Made by a program: the position numbers and the translations under genes. Below the pieces are notes generated by a model that saw only the letters and a program-made list of their open reading frames with translations, made no database searches and was not told the DNA's origin. 64,000 bases of DNA from Candidatus Methylacidiphilales bacterium (lineage in GTDB: Bacteria > Verrucomicrobiota > Verrucomicrobiia > Methylacidiphilales > UBA1321). The DNA is taken from contig DASZIP010000022.1 of the NCBI GenBank assembly GCA_035948935.1, positions 4,541 through 68,540 of the forward strand, written 5' to 3'. Shown here piece by piece: positions 1 to 8,008 of the stretch (position 1 is its first letter; each line of letters opens with the position of its first letter).

Positions 1-762
1 AATCCAGAGGACGTAGCTGGCGAACGTCTGGTTGTGCCAGGTGGCGAGAAAAGGGAGGACGGTCCAGCCGTGATCGACCTGATACTGCACGACGTCGGAG
101 AGGCGCAGGTTGCCCATGACGAGGAAGATGGGGATGACGGAGAGGCCCATGGAGACTTCGTAGGAGATCATTTGCGCGCTGGAGCGGATGCCGCCGAGGA
201 AGGGGTACTTGGAGTTGGAGGACCAGCCGGCCAGGACGATGCCGTAGACGCTGAGCGAGGCGATGGCGAAAACCAGGAGGACGCCGATGCCGACGTCGGC
301 GATGACGCCGGGCGATTTCATCGTGTAGTTGAAAAAGGGGAGGGTGATGTCGTGCGTGCTGGAAAACGGAATGACGCAGATGGTGAGGAGCGCCGGGACC
401 ATGGCCATGGCGGGGGCCATCCAGAAATAGAGCTTGTTGACGTGGGCGGGGGTGAATTCCTCCTTGAGCATGAACTTGAGCGCGTCGGCGAGCGGCTGGC
501 CGAGGCCCCACCAGGTCCACTTCGGCATGGTGAAGAGGCCGAGGATGTTGACGCCGCCGAGCGGAATGCCGACGCGGTTCGGGCCGATGCGGTCCTGGAT
601 CGCGGCGCTGATCCGGCGCTCGGCCATGACGGTGTAGGAGACGAGGCCGAGGATGACGTTGACCAGGACGAAGATTTTGATGAGCGAAACGAAAACGTCG
701 GGCACCCAAAGCGGGATGCTGGCGGGCAGGTCGGCGAAGAGGAGGGGAGGGGAATTAGACAT
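1..762 (-). CDS. nuoH: NADH-quinone oxidoreductase subunit H, partial (C-terminus runs off the window)
   Basis: Hand translation of the minus strand from ATG at 760-762 gives MSNSPPLLFADLP...YTVMAERRISAAIQDRIGPNRVG...SSNSKYPFLGGIRSSAQMISYEVSMG, typical NuoH motifs. It is absent from the ORF track because no stop lies in the window. It is last in a co-oriented nuoB-G series. Confidence 0.9.
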   Translation of the reverse strand, partial: MSNSPPLLFADLPASIPLWVPDVFVSLIKIFVLVNVILGLVSYTVMAERRISAAIQDRIGPNRVGIPLGGVNILGLFTMPKWTWWGLGQPLADALKFMLKEEFTPAHVNKLYFWMAPAMAMVPALLTICVIPFSSTHDITLPFFNYTMKSPGVIADVGIGVLLVFAIASLSVYGIVLAGWSSNSKYPFLGGIRSSAQMISYEVSMGLSVIPIFLVMGNLRLSDVVQYQVDHGWTVLPFLATWHNQTFASYVLWI

Positions 763-1077
763 GAGGAACATGAAGGACATGAGGATGGTTAAGGCAAGGC
801 TTGCCCCAATTTTCTTTCACAACGAGGGCGCACGAAGCGGGCAAAACGCGGAGCGATGATGAAACAGGCTGTAGAAAACAATGTGAGGATCAAAACGTAT
901 ACAAGAAGAAGTTGTCCTTGTTCTGAGTTTTCTATATGGGTCACATGAGCCTCATGGAGCGAATAAAGCACTGCCGCTGCCACAGCGGCAAAATTAAGTC
1001 CGAAGATGGGAAAGACGATCAGGGTGACTAACTCAAAACAGTCTGCCTTTTTCATGTGCTTCATGTTCCTCATGTCT
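757..1077. repeat. Inverted-repeat bracket (ACATGA-word family) around the 94-aa ORF
   Basis: 757-785 AGACATGAGGAACATGAAGGACATGAGGA matches the reverse complement of 1053-1077, AGACATGAGGAACATGAAGCACATG (24/25 by hand). The arms overlap the nuoH start (760-762), the small-ORF start (1071-1073) and the nuoG stop (1076-1078). Confidence 0.85.
789..1073 (-). CDS. hypothetical small membrane protein (94 aa, two hydrophobic helices)
   Basis: Track ORF MRNMKHMKKADCFELVTLIVFPIFGLNFAAVAAAVLYSL... fills the visibly AT-rich nuoG|nuoH spacer. Its start codon lies inside an inverted-repeat arm. I recognise no family. Confidence 0.4.
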   Translation of the reverse strand: MRNMKHMKKADCFELVTLIVFPIFGLNFAAVAAAVLYSLHEAHVTHIENSEQGQLLLVYVLILTLFSTACFIIAPRFARFVRPRCERKLGQALP

Positions 1078-2785
1078 AAACCGCAACTTGTGCTGATTGG
1101 CCAAGTTTCAAGTCGATGCCGAGGTCGCCGATTTTGCTGAGACTGAGACCGGCGAAGGCGGGGCTGGCTTCGGCCATGGCCTTGAAGACTTCCTCGATGG
1201 TGTGGATGCCGTTGCCGCCGCCGAGCGCCGCTTTGAGCTGGAGGAGAATCTGCCAGTCGTCCATGGCCTGGCCGGGGGGAGGGATCGCCTTGTTGAGGCG
1301 CTGGAGCCGTCCCGTGCCGTTGATCATCGAGCCCCGCTTTTCAGCGAAGCTGGCGCCGGGCAGGACGTAATCGGCGAGTTTCGAGGTGGGGCAGGGGAGG
1401 ATCGATTGGACGGCGAGCACTTTCACCTTTTGCAAGGTGGCCAGGGGCCAGCCGGCGTCGCCCATCAGATTTTCATGGAGGACGAAGAGCGACTGGATGC
1501 GGCCCGTTTCGATGCCGTGCCGGATTTGAGCGAGGGTTTTGCCCTGGTCGGAAAGCCCGAAAATTTCGAGGCCGTTGGTGTTGGGGTTGAGGTCGGCGCT
1601 GCGAAGGATGCCGTCGGCCTTGCCGAGACGGGGGACGATGTCGGTGAGGACCGCTTCGCCGCCGAGGAGCTGGCGGATTTCGCCGAGGAGAAAAGCTTCT
1701 TCGTTGGTGAGGCGGCCCGAGGCGACGATGGCGATCTGGTTGGGTTGAAATTCGCGCAATTGCGAGGCGAGGCGGGGGATGATTTCGCTCCAGGGCGTCG
1801 CAAGTTTGCCGTGGCCGACCCTGGCGACTGGTTCGGTGAACCGTTCGGGACTGTGGATATAATGGAAGCCGAGCCGGCCCTGGTCGCACATCCATTCCGA
1901 GTTGACCGCCTCGTTGCCGCGGGGGGTCTGGCGATAAACGAGTCCTTCGCGGCTGCCGACGATCGTGTTGCAGCCGGTGGCGCAGCCGGTGCAGATGCTT
2001 TTGGTTTCCTTGAGGAACCAGACACGCATCTGAAACCGGAAATCCTTGCTGGTGAGGGCGCCGACGGGGCAGATGTCGACGGTGTTGAGCGAGTAATTAT
2101 TGTCGAGCCGCTTGCCGGGATGGACGGCGAGGGTGGTGTGGCTGCCGCGGTCGATGAAGCCGAGAACATCGTCGTCGACCATTTCCTTCGAGAAACGGAT
2201 GCAGCGCGAGCACATGATGCAGCGTTCGTCGTCGAGGACGATCCGCTCGCCGATGTCGACCCGCTTCGGTTTCTTCACCTTCTCGTCGGTGAATCGGCTC
2301 CCCTCGTGGCCGTACTGGACGGAGTATTCCTGGAGCTTGCATTCGCCGGCCTGGTCGCAGATGGGGCAGTCGAGCGGGTGGTTGATGAGGAGAAATTCCA
2401 TGACGCCCTTGCGGCACTCGTCGACGAGGGGCGATTCGGTGCGGATGCCCATGCCTTCGGCGACGAGCGTGGCGCAGCCGATCTGCGGGCGGGGCATCCA
2501 GGAAATTTCGGGTTTGCCGTCGACGGCGAGGACGGGTTTGCGCTGGGCGTCGAGCTTGGGCATGCCGAGTTCGATCAGGCACATGCGGCAGTTGCCGGAG
2601 ATGGAGAGCTTGGGGTGGTAGCAGTAGTGCGGGACGAATTTCGCGGCGCGGCGGGCGGCTTCAACGGCGTTGAGGCCCTTGGGAAATTTCATCCAGACGC
2701 CGTCGACCTGCACGTTGAGGAGCGGGGCGTCGGCGGGCGTGTGGTCGTGGTCGAACGGATTTTTCATAAGCTCAGGATGACCCAT
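1076..2785 (-). CDS. nuoG: NADH-quinone oxidoreductase subunit G
   Basis: 569-aa ORF with N-terminal 2Fe-2S/4Fe-4S cysteine clusters (CYHPKLSISGNCRMCLIE, HPLDCPICDQAGECKLQ, CIMCSRCIRF) and a molybdopterin-like C-terminal half. An alternative ATG start lies at 2765-2767 (MKNPF...). Confidence 0.92.
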   Translation of the reverse strand: MGHPELMKNPFDHDHTPADAPLLNVQVDGVWMKFPKGLNAVEAARRAAKFVPHYCYHPKLSISGNCRMCLIELGMPKLDAQRKPVLAVDGKPEISWMPRPQIGCATLVAEGMGIRTESPLVDECRKGVMEFLLINHPLDCPICDQAGECKLQEYSVQYGHEGSRFTDEKVKKPKRVDIGERIVLDDERCIMCSRCIRFSKEMVDDDVLGFIDRGSHTTLAVHPGKRLDNNYSLNTVDICPVGALTSKDFRFQMRVWFLKETKSICTGCATGCNTIVGSREGLVYRQTPRGNEAVNSEWMCDQGRLGFHYIHSPERFTEPVARVGHGKLATPWSEIIPRLASQLREFQPNQIAIVASGRLTNEEAFLLGEIRQLLGGEAVLTDIVPRLGKADGILRSADLNPNTNGLEIFGLSDQGKTLAQIRHGIETGRIQSLFVLHENLMGDAGWPLATLQKVKVLAVQSILPCPTSKLADYVLPGASFAEKRGSMINGTGRLQRLNKAIPPPGQAMDDWQILLQLKAALGGGNGIHTIEEVFKAMAEASPAFAGLSLSKIGDLGIDLKLGQSAQVAV

Positions 2786-2829
2786 GCGCCGGGCCGTGGA
2801 AGACCCGGCGCAAAGGTTTTCAGACCGGC

Positions 2830-2970
2830 TTAGGAATTCGGCTTGACCGGTTCCGGAGCTGGTGGGGGCGGCGCCGCCGGCGGGGGAGTGTTATCCGAGC
2901 AGGCGGAGACGAGCGCGGCTGACAGGGTCACCGCGCAGATGAGTGCGAAGAGTTTCAGGTATGACTTCAT
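2830..2970 (-). CDS. putative small lipoprotein (46 aa)
   Basis: Hand-translated sequence, below the track size cut-off: MKSYLKLFALICAVTLSAALVSACSDNTPPPAAPPPPAPEPVKPNS. It has a signal peptide plus lipobox (VSAC) and a Pro-rich tail. It occupies the nuoF|nuoG spacer. Confidence 0.45.
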   Translation of the reverse strand: MKSYLKLFALICAVTLSAALVSACSDNTPPPAAPPPPAPEPVKPNS

Positions 2971-3058
2971 AGGTTTATTTCCGACTTTGGTTTGGGTTAG
3001 ACTTACAAGCGTTTATGTTAGCGGGAAGTTGGCGCGGGGCAAGGCTCCGGCTGATTTT

Positions 3059-4444
3059 TTAGGCGTGCTCCAGTTTCGTTTCGGGCGCGGAGGCCGGTTT
3101 TTTGGAGACGGTCGAGCCGTTGCCGAGGGCGCGGCTTTCAAATTCGTCCCTGAATTTTTCGACGAAACTCTGCACCGGCCATGCGCAGGCTTCGCCGAAG
3201 GCGCAGATGGTCCTGCCCGCGATGTTGTCGGCGACGTTGGTAAGCAGGGTGACGTCGTCGGGATGGCCGCGACCGGCGGAGAGGCGGCCGGTGACTTTCT
3301 TCATCCAGAGCGAGCCTTCGCGGCAGGGCGTGCACTGGCCGCACGATTCGTGGGCGTAGAACGTGGCGATGTTGGCCAGGCATTCGACCATGTCGCGGGT
3401 TTCGTCCATGACGATGACGCCGCCGCTGCCGGCCATCGAGCCGGCCGCGGCGAGGGTGTCGAAATCGAGCGGGATGTCCTCCAGGCCGAGATCCTTTTCC
3501 TCGATCGTGCCGTCGGGTTTCTTCGTCTTGATTTTGTAGCGGTCGCCGGCCTTCATCACCTTGGCCGAGGAGCCGCCGGGGATGAGCGCCTTGAGTTTGC
3601 GGCCGCCCTTGATGCCGCCGCAGACATCGTTGAGGAGCTGGCCGATGGTGAGCGCTCCGACTTCAAATTCGTAGTAGCCCGGTTTTTCGACATCGCCGCT
3701 GACGCAGAGGAGCCGCGTGCCGGTGTTGTTGGGCCTGCCGAGCTTCGCATAGGCCGCACCGCCCATCGCGACGATGTGCTTGATGTTGCACAGCGTCTCG
3801 ACGTTGTTGACGATGGTGGGGCACATGTAGAGGCCGAGGACGGCGGGGAAGTAGGGGGGCTTGATGCGCGGGTAGGGGCGCTTGCCTTCGAGCGATTCGA
3901 TGAGGCCCGTTTCCTCGCCGCAGATGTAGGCGCCGGCGCCGCGATGGACGTAAATTTCAAGGTCGAAGGCGGAGCCGCAGATTTTTTTGCCGAGGAAGTT
4001 TTTCGCCTTCGCCTCGGCGATGGCCTTTTCGAGGATTTTCGCGCCGAGGGTGAATTCGCCGCGGATATAGATGTAGGCGAGGTGGACGTTGTTGGCGTAG
4101 CAGGCGATGATCATGCCCTCGATCATCTGGTGCGGGTCCTTGTAGATGATCTGCTTGTCCTTGAAGGTGCCGGGCTCCGATTCGTCGGCGTTGCAGATGA
4201 GGTAGACGGGCTTGGTGTTTTTGGCGGGATCGATGAAGCCCCACTTGGTTCCGCAGGGAAATCCCGCGCCGCCGCGTCCGCGCAGGCCGGAGGCCTTGAC
4301 CTCGGCGACGATGTCGGGGCCGCGCATGGTGAGGGCTTTCTTGAGCTCCTTGTAACCGCCGTGGCGGAGGTAGCAATCGATGTCGATGGTGTACCCGGGC
4401 TGGTCGATGTTTTTGAAGATGAGTCTGTTTTCAGCGATGGGCAT
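3059..4444 (-). CDS. nuoF: NADH-quinone oxidoreductase subunit F
   Basis: MPIAENRLIFKNIDQPGYT...GLRGRGGAGFPCGTKW (FMN/NADH site)...ESCGQCTPCREG (4Fe-4S). The track ORF begins at 4465. The internal ATG at 4442-4444 fits homologue length better. Confidence 0.95.
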   Translation of the reverse strand: MPIAENRLIFKNIDQPGYTIDIDCYLRHGGYKELKKALTMRGPDIVAEVKASGLRGRGGAGFPCGTKWGFIDPAKNTKPVYLICNADESEPGTFKDKQIIYKDPHQMIEGMIIACYANNVHLAYIYIRGEFTLGAKILEKAIAEAKAKNFLGKKICGSAFDLEIYVHRGAGAYICGEETGLIESLEGKRPYPRIKPPYFPAVLGLYMCPTIVNNVETLCNIKHIVAMGGAAYAKLGRPNNTGTRLLCVSGDVEKPGYYEFEVGALTIGQLLNDVCGGIKGGRKLKALIPGGSSAKVMKAGDRYKIKTKKPDGTIEEKDLGLEDIPLDFDTLAAAGSMAGSGGVIVMDETRDMVECLANIATFYAHESCGQCTPCREGSLWMKKVTGRLSAGRGHPDDVTLLTNVADNIAGRTICAFGEACAWPVQSFVEKFRDEFESRALGNGSTVSKKPASAPETKLEHA

Positions 4445-4460
4445 AAGCGGATGGCGGAAG

Positions 4461-4976
4461 ACCAAATTACCAAATTTACTAAATTACCAAATTATTTAAG
4501 AAATAACCTCGAAGTTTAAGTGTGGAGGTTGGGCGGTTCTTGTTTTTTCTGGTAGTGAAGCGTTTTAGTTCGAAATTCCATGCTTGTGGCGCCGAAATTA
4601 ATTAAAAGCCCTTCCTCTATTTTCGTGACAGCCAGATAATTGATGAGTTGGGCTGCGTGGGCCGATGTCAAAGTTTCCACGGCTTTGAGTTCAACGATTA
4701 ACTTTTTTTCGATGATTATATCCGCCTGAAAAACTCCGACCTCGGTTCCCTCGTACATCACCGAAAGGATCGGGTGGCATTTAAAAGAGATATTTGCTTT
4801 GCGCAACTCGATAACCAAGGCGTTCCTGTACACGGTCTCAACAAACCCGCAGCCGAGTGTGCGATGAACTTTCATGGCTAGGCCGACAATCTGTTGTGCC
4901 AGCAAGTCGTGCGGTTGTTGCGTGGCAAATACCCTATTTTTCATTTGGTAATTTGGTTAATTTGGAAATTTGGTTA
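4461..4976. repeat. Inverted-repeat bracket (CCAAATT-word family) around GxxExxY gene 1
   Basis: 4461-4495 ACCAAATTACCAAATTTACTAAATTACCAAATTAT matches the reverse complement of 4943-4976, TAACCAAATTTCCAAATTAACCAAATTACCAAAT (29/32 over the aligned core, by hand). The outer edges touch the nuoF start (4442-4444) and the nuoE stop (4974-4976). A third, solo copy of the word family lies at 62437-62479. Confidence 0.8.
4516..4944 (-). CDS. GxxExxY family protein (PD-(D/E)XK nuclease-fold, function unknown)
   Basis: 142 aa with the signature GFVETVY, followed by ...DIIIEKKLIVELKAV...LINYL...GLLINFG. This is the typical TIGR04256/PDDEXK_3 pattern. It is a paralogue of the genes at 7546-7956 and 9125-9559. 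Confidence 0.85.
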   Translation of the reverse strand: MKNRVFATQQPHDLLAQQIVGLAMKVHRTLGCGFVETVYRNALVIELRKANISFKCHPILSVMYEGTEVGVFQADIIIEKKLIVELKAVETLTSAHAAQLINYLAVTKIEEGLLINFGATSMEFRTKTLHYQKKQEPPNLHT

Positions 4977-5561
4977 TGCAGTGTATTTCAAAAGAAGCTC
5001 GTCGGCGCGGGAGCGGGTGACGTTTTCGTAGAAGTCGTCGTTGATCATGATGACGGGCGCGGTGCCGCAGGCGGCGAGGCATTCGACGAACTCGACCGAG
5101 TATTTGCCGTCGGGGCTGAGGGCGAGGCCGTGCGGGTCCGGTTCGGCGGTCTTGCATTTTTCGCGGAAGTAATCGCAGAGCGCGTAGCCGCCGCCGAGGG
5201 CGCACGAGAGCGTGCGGCAGACTTTGATCTGGATTTTGCCCGCCGGATGCTGCCGGAACATCGGGTAGAAGGTGACGAGTTCGAGGATGTTGATCGGTTG
5301 CAGGCCGAGTTTGGCGGCGATCCATTCGATGCCTTCGGGCGAGATGTAGCCTAAGGTCTCCTGCCAGAGATGGAGCAGCGGCAGCGACGCGCTCCGTTTC
5401 GAGACGGGGTAATGGGTGATCAGTTCATCGGCCTGAGCTTCGAAGCCGTTGGGCAGCGCGGGCGTGGGATGATGAGGCTCGACCGCGCCGGGATAGACCG
5501 CCTCGGGCGGGATCGTTTGCGTGGCGGGATCGACGACGGGGCTGAGGCTTTTGGAGGTCAT
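4974..5561 (-). CDS. nuoE: NADH-quinone oxidoreductase subunit E
   Basis: MTSKSLSP...VSKRSASLPLLHLWQETLGYISPEGIEWIAAKLGL...IQIKVCRTLSCALGG...VECLAACGTAPVIMIND (2Fe-2S thioredoxin-like fold). The start is the internal ATG at 5559-5561. It overlaps the stop of the upstream lipoprotein gene by 3 nt (5559-5561 versus 5558-5560). Confidence 0.9.
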   Translation of the reverse strand: MTSKSLSPVVDPATQTIPPEAVYPGAVEPHHPTPALPNGFEAQADELITHYPVSKRSASLPLLHLWQETLGYISPEGIEWIAAKLGLQPINILELVTFYPMFRQHPAGKIQIKVCRTLSCALGGGYALCDYFREKCKTAEPDPHGLALSPDGKYSVEFVECLAACGTAPVIMINDDFYENVTRSRADELLLKYTA

Positions 5562-5827
5562 GATTTGGCTCCGGAAACGAATTCGGCTTTGAAGACGGTA
5601 CCATTGAGGAAGATGACGCGGCCTTCGCCGCCCCATCCGGGATAGTGATCGACCTCGCCGCTGATGGTCTGATCGGCGGTTTGGGATTGTTCAATGCGGG
5701 CAGGGCGGCCGAGAATGGCTTCAACCTGGTCCTGGCTCATGGCGGGTTTGATCTGCGCGATTTTATCGGGGGTGACGGAGGAGGTGCAGGCGGCCAGCGC
5801 GCAAGCGCTTCCTAATAGGGTTGTCAT
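5558..5827 (-). CDS. small lipoprotein, BamE/SmpA_OmlA-like (89 aa)
   Basis: MTTLLGSACALAACTSSVTPDKIAQIKPAMSQDQVEAILGRP...VIFLNGTVFKAEF has a lipobox (LAAC) and the K-x-GM-x(4)-V-x(2)-ILG-x-P pattern of SmpA_OmlA-type lipoproteins. The 5' part of track ORF 5558-5983 is rejected as non-coding. Confidence 0.6.
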   Translation of the reverse strand: MTTLLGSACALAACTSSVTPDKIAQIKPAMSQDQVEAILGRPARIEQSQTADQTISGEVDHYPGWGGEGRVIFLNGTVFKAEFVSGAKS

Positions 5828-5920
5828 CCTGAGCTTGTCGAAGGATCTCTTGCCATTTGTCCATGACAAGCCGCTCCGGGCAGAATAGTTAGAGGTCCCT
5901 CGACAGGCTCGGGATGACGA
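5822..5920. repeat. Miniature inverted-repeat element of the GTCATCCTGAGC family
   Basis: 5822-5846 TGTCATCCTGAGCTTGTCGAAGGAT pairs with 5896-5920 TCCCTCGACAGGCTCGGGATGACGA. The arms belong to the same word family as those around the GIY-YIG remnant at 24452-24744. A solo arm lies at 2768-2783. Confidence 0.75.
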
Positions 5921-5979
5921 TCTTTTATTAAAATCGCTTTCGCGAGCCGTTGCCATGTGCGCAGATGCCATCTGAGAGA

Positions 5980-6249
5980 TCATTTGAAATCCCCCTGCGT
6001 GGCGATCACCTTGTCGTCGAGGAAGGTGATTTTGACGTCGGATGTGTCGGTGTGATAGGTATAGGTCGTGCCGGTAATACCGAGTGCTCCGCCGGTTTGC
6101 GAGCTGGTCGGGTCGCCGAGAATCTCTTTCACTTCCACGGTCGTCATCCCGTTGTGGATTTTTTGGAGATTGTCCTCGGTGAGCCTGGAGCAGGCGGTGA
6201 CCAGGAGAAGGGCGGCAATGGCAAGGAGCGTTGTGTGGATGGTTTTCAT
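5980..6249 (-). CDS. small lipoprotein, BamE/SmpA_OmlA-like (89 aa), paralogue of 5558-5827
   Basis: MKTIHTTLLAIAALLLVTACSRLTEDNLQKIHNGMTTVEVKEILGDP...VKITFLDDKVIATQGDFK. This is the 3' end of the otherwise spurious track ORF 5980-7167. It matches its neighbour in length and architecture. Confidence 0.6.
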   Translation of the reverse strand: MKTIHTTLLAIAALLLVTACSRLTEDNLQKIHNGMTTVEVKEILGDPTSSQTGGALGITGTTYTYHTDTSDVKITFLDDKVIATQGDFK

Positions 6250-6254
6250 GATGG

Positions 6255-7505
6255 TTACCGGTCGCATTCTCCCATGACGAAATCGAGGCTGCCGAGAATC
6301 GCGACGACGTCGCTCATCATGTGGCCGGGCAGGAGTTTTCCCAGGATGCTGAGGTTGACGAAGGAGGGCGCGCGGATTTTGAGGCGATAGGGCACGCCGC
6401 CGCCCTTGCTCTGGATGTAGAAGCCGAGTTCGCCCTTCGGGTTTTCGGCGCCGAAGTAGACTTCGCCCACGGGCGCCTGGATGCCCTCGGTGACGAGGAT
6501 GAATTGGTGGATGAGTTCCTCCATTTTGGTGAGGACCTTCTCCTTGTGCGGAAGAAAACCCTTGCCGTCGCCGACGTTGATCGGTCCGCCGGGGAGCGTG
6601 TTGAGCGTCTGCTCGATGATATGGACGCTCTGGCGCAATTCCTCGAGGCGGCAGAGGTAGCGGTCGTAGGCGTCGCCGACGGAGCCGAGCGGCACCGAGA
6701 AGCCGTACTCGGAATAAGTGAGGTAGGGCCGGGCCTTGCGGACGTCGTAGTTGACGCCGCTGCCGCGAAGGTTCGGGCCGGTGAGGCCGAAGTCGATGGC
6801 GTCCTCCTTCGAGATAATGCCGACGCCCTGGTTGCGATCGACGAAAATTTTGTTGCGGGTGAGGAGCGTGTCGAACTCGTCGATCTTGCCCTTGAACTGC
6901 TCGGCAAACGCCTTGCACTGGTCGGTCCAGCCCGGAGGCAGGTCGCGGATCTGGCCGCCGACGCGGGTGTAGCTGGTGGTGAAGCGGGCACCGGTGAGCG
7001 ATTCGATCAGGTTGTAGATTTTTTCGCGCTCGGTGAAGGCGTAGAGGAAAAAGGTCATGGCGCCGGTGTCCATCGCCAACGCGCCCATGCCGAGCAGATG
7101 CGCGGAGATGCGGGCCAGCTCGCAACAGATGACGCGGATGACCTGGCCGCGCGGCGGGACGGTCCACCCCATGAGCTTTTCAACGGCGAGGGCGTAGGCG
7201 ACGTTGTTGGCCAGCGGGGCGAGGTAGTCGAGGCGGTCGGTGTAGGGGACGAACTGGTTGTAGGTCATGTTCTCGGCGATTTTTTCGTCGCCGCGGTGGA
7301 GATAGCCGATGTCGGGCACGGCCTTGGTGACGATTTCGCCGTCGAGTTCGAGCAGGATGCGCAGGACGCCGTGGGTGCTCGGATGGGAGGGTCCCATGTT
7401 GAGGATGAGCTTTTCGCCCAGAGGCCCGGTCTCGGCCTGCGCCTGCTCAAGCTGCCGCGCGGCGCGCGCCACGCTGTCGGGTGTTTCTAGAATGGTCTCA
7501 GGCAT
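6255..7505 (-). CDS. nuoD: NADH-quinone oxidoreductase subunit D
   Basis: MPETILETP...LILNMGPSHPSTHGVLRILLELDGE...YLHRGDEKIAE...GECDR at the C-terminus. The start is the internal ATG at 7503-7505. Confidence 0.95.
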   Translation of the reverse strand: MPETILETPDSVARAARQLEQAQAETGPLGEKLILNMGPSHPSTHGVLRILLELDGEIVTKAVPDIGYLHRGDEKIAENMTYNQFVPYTDRLDYLAPLANNVAYALAVEKLMGWTVPPRGQVIRVICCELARISAHLLGMGALAMDTGAMTFFLYAFTEREKIYNLIESLTGARFTTSYTRVGGQIRDLPPGWTDQCKAFAEQFKGKIDEFDTLLTRNKIFVDRNQGVGIISKEDAIDFGLTGPNLRGSGVNYDVRKARPYLTYSEYGFSVPLGSVGDAYDRYLCRLEELRQSVHIIEQTLNTLPGGPINVGDGKGFLPHKEKVLTKMEELIHQFILVTEGIQAPVGEVYFGAENPKGELGFYIQSKGGGVPYRLKIRAPSFVNLSILGKLLPGHMMSDVVAILGSLDFVMGECDR

Positions 7506-7514
7506 ATGCGAAAA

Positions 7515-8004
7515 AATTTTGACGAAATTAACGGAATGGACGGAATTACTGCTGAAGATTGGGAGGCTCCGGCATTCCGGGATGAAGCCGGGTCTTGGTT
7601 TTAAATTCAAGTTTTCTCGGGCCGAAATTCAGCAGCAGGCCAAGATCGATCTTGGAAATGGCGAGATAATTCACCAACTGTACGGAATGAGCGATGGCCA
7701 ATGAATCAACGGCCTTGGCTTCAACTATCAGACGGTTATCGATGACTAAATCGGCGATATAGCATCCGATTTCCATATTTCGGTAGGTGACCGTAAAGCG
7801 TTTCTGACGTTCATACGGAATGCGGGCCTCTTTCAATTCAACGATGAGGCCGCCAACGTAGAGAGACTCCAAAAGCCCACAACCAAGGTTATTATAAACA
7901 TCCATGGCGAGGCCGATGATTCGTTTGGCCAACTGCTGATCCGTATCGTTCTGCATTTGGAGTCTGTTAATCATTCCGTAAATTCCGTTAATTCCGTCAA
8001 AATT
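7515..8004. repeat. Inverted-repeat bracket (TTTTGACGGAATTAACGG-word family) around GxxExxY gene 2
   Basis: 7515-7549 AATTTTGACGAAATTAACGGAATGGACGGAATTAC matches the reverse complement of 7966-8004, AATTTTGACGGAATTAACGGAATTTACGGAATGATTAAC (29/32 by hand). The edges lie 9 nt from the nuoD start and 4 nt from the nuoC stop (8009-8011). Confidence 0.85.
7546..7956 (-). CDS. GxxExxY family protein (PD-(D/E)XK nuclease-fold)
   Basis: MQNDTDQQLAKRIIGLAMDVYNNLGCGLLESLY...DLVIDNRLIVEAKAV...LVNYL...GLLLNFG with the signature GLLESLY. The start is the internal ATG at 7954-7956. The longer track ORF to 8058 would read through the repeat arm and the nuoC 3' end. Confidence 0.85.
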   Translation of the reverse strand: MQNDTDQQLAKRIIGLAMDVYNNLGCGLLESLYVGGLIVELKEARIPYERQKRFTVTYRNMEIGCYIADLVIDNRLIVEAKAVDSLAIAHSVQLVNYLAISKIDLGLLLNFGPRKLEFKTKTRLHPGMPEPPNLQQ

Positions 8005-8008
8005 CAGT

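Noticed and set aside
4461-4495. The short tandem word arrays (CCAAATT..., TTTTGACGGAAT..., ACATGA...) considered as CRISPR arrays.
   Set aside because: The units are only about 8-12 nt, directly abutting and degenerate, with no unique spacers and no cas genes. They occur as inverted pairs around genes, so they are not CRISPR.
5980-7167. A 395-aa minus-strand ORF overlapping nuoD in another frame.
   Set aside because: Only the last 89 codons (5980-6249, MKTIHTT...) look like a real protein, a lipoprotein. The rest is Arg/Pro-rich out-of-frame read-through of nuoD.
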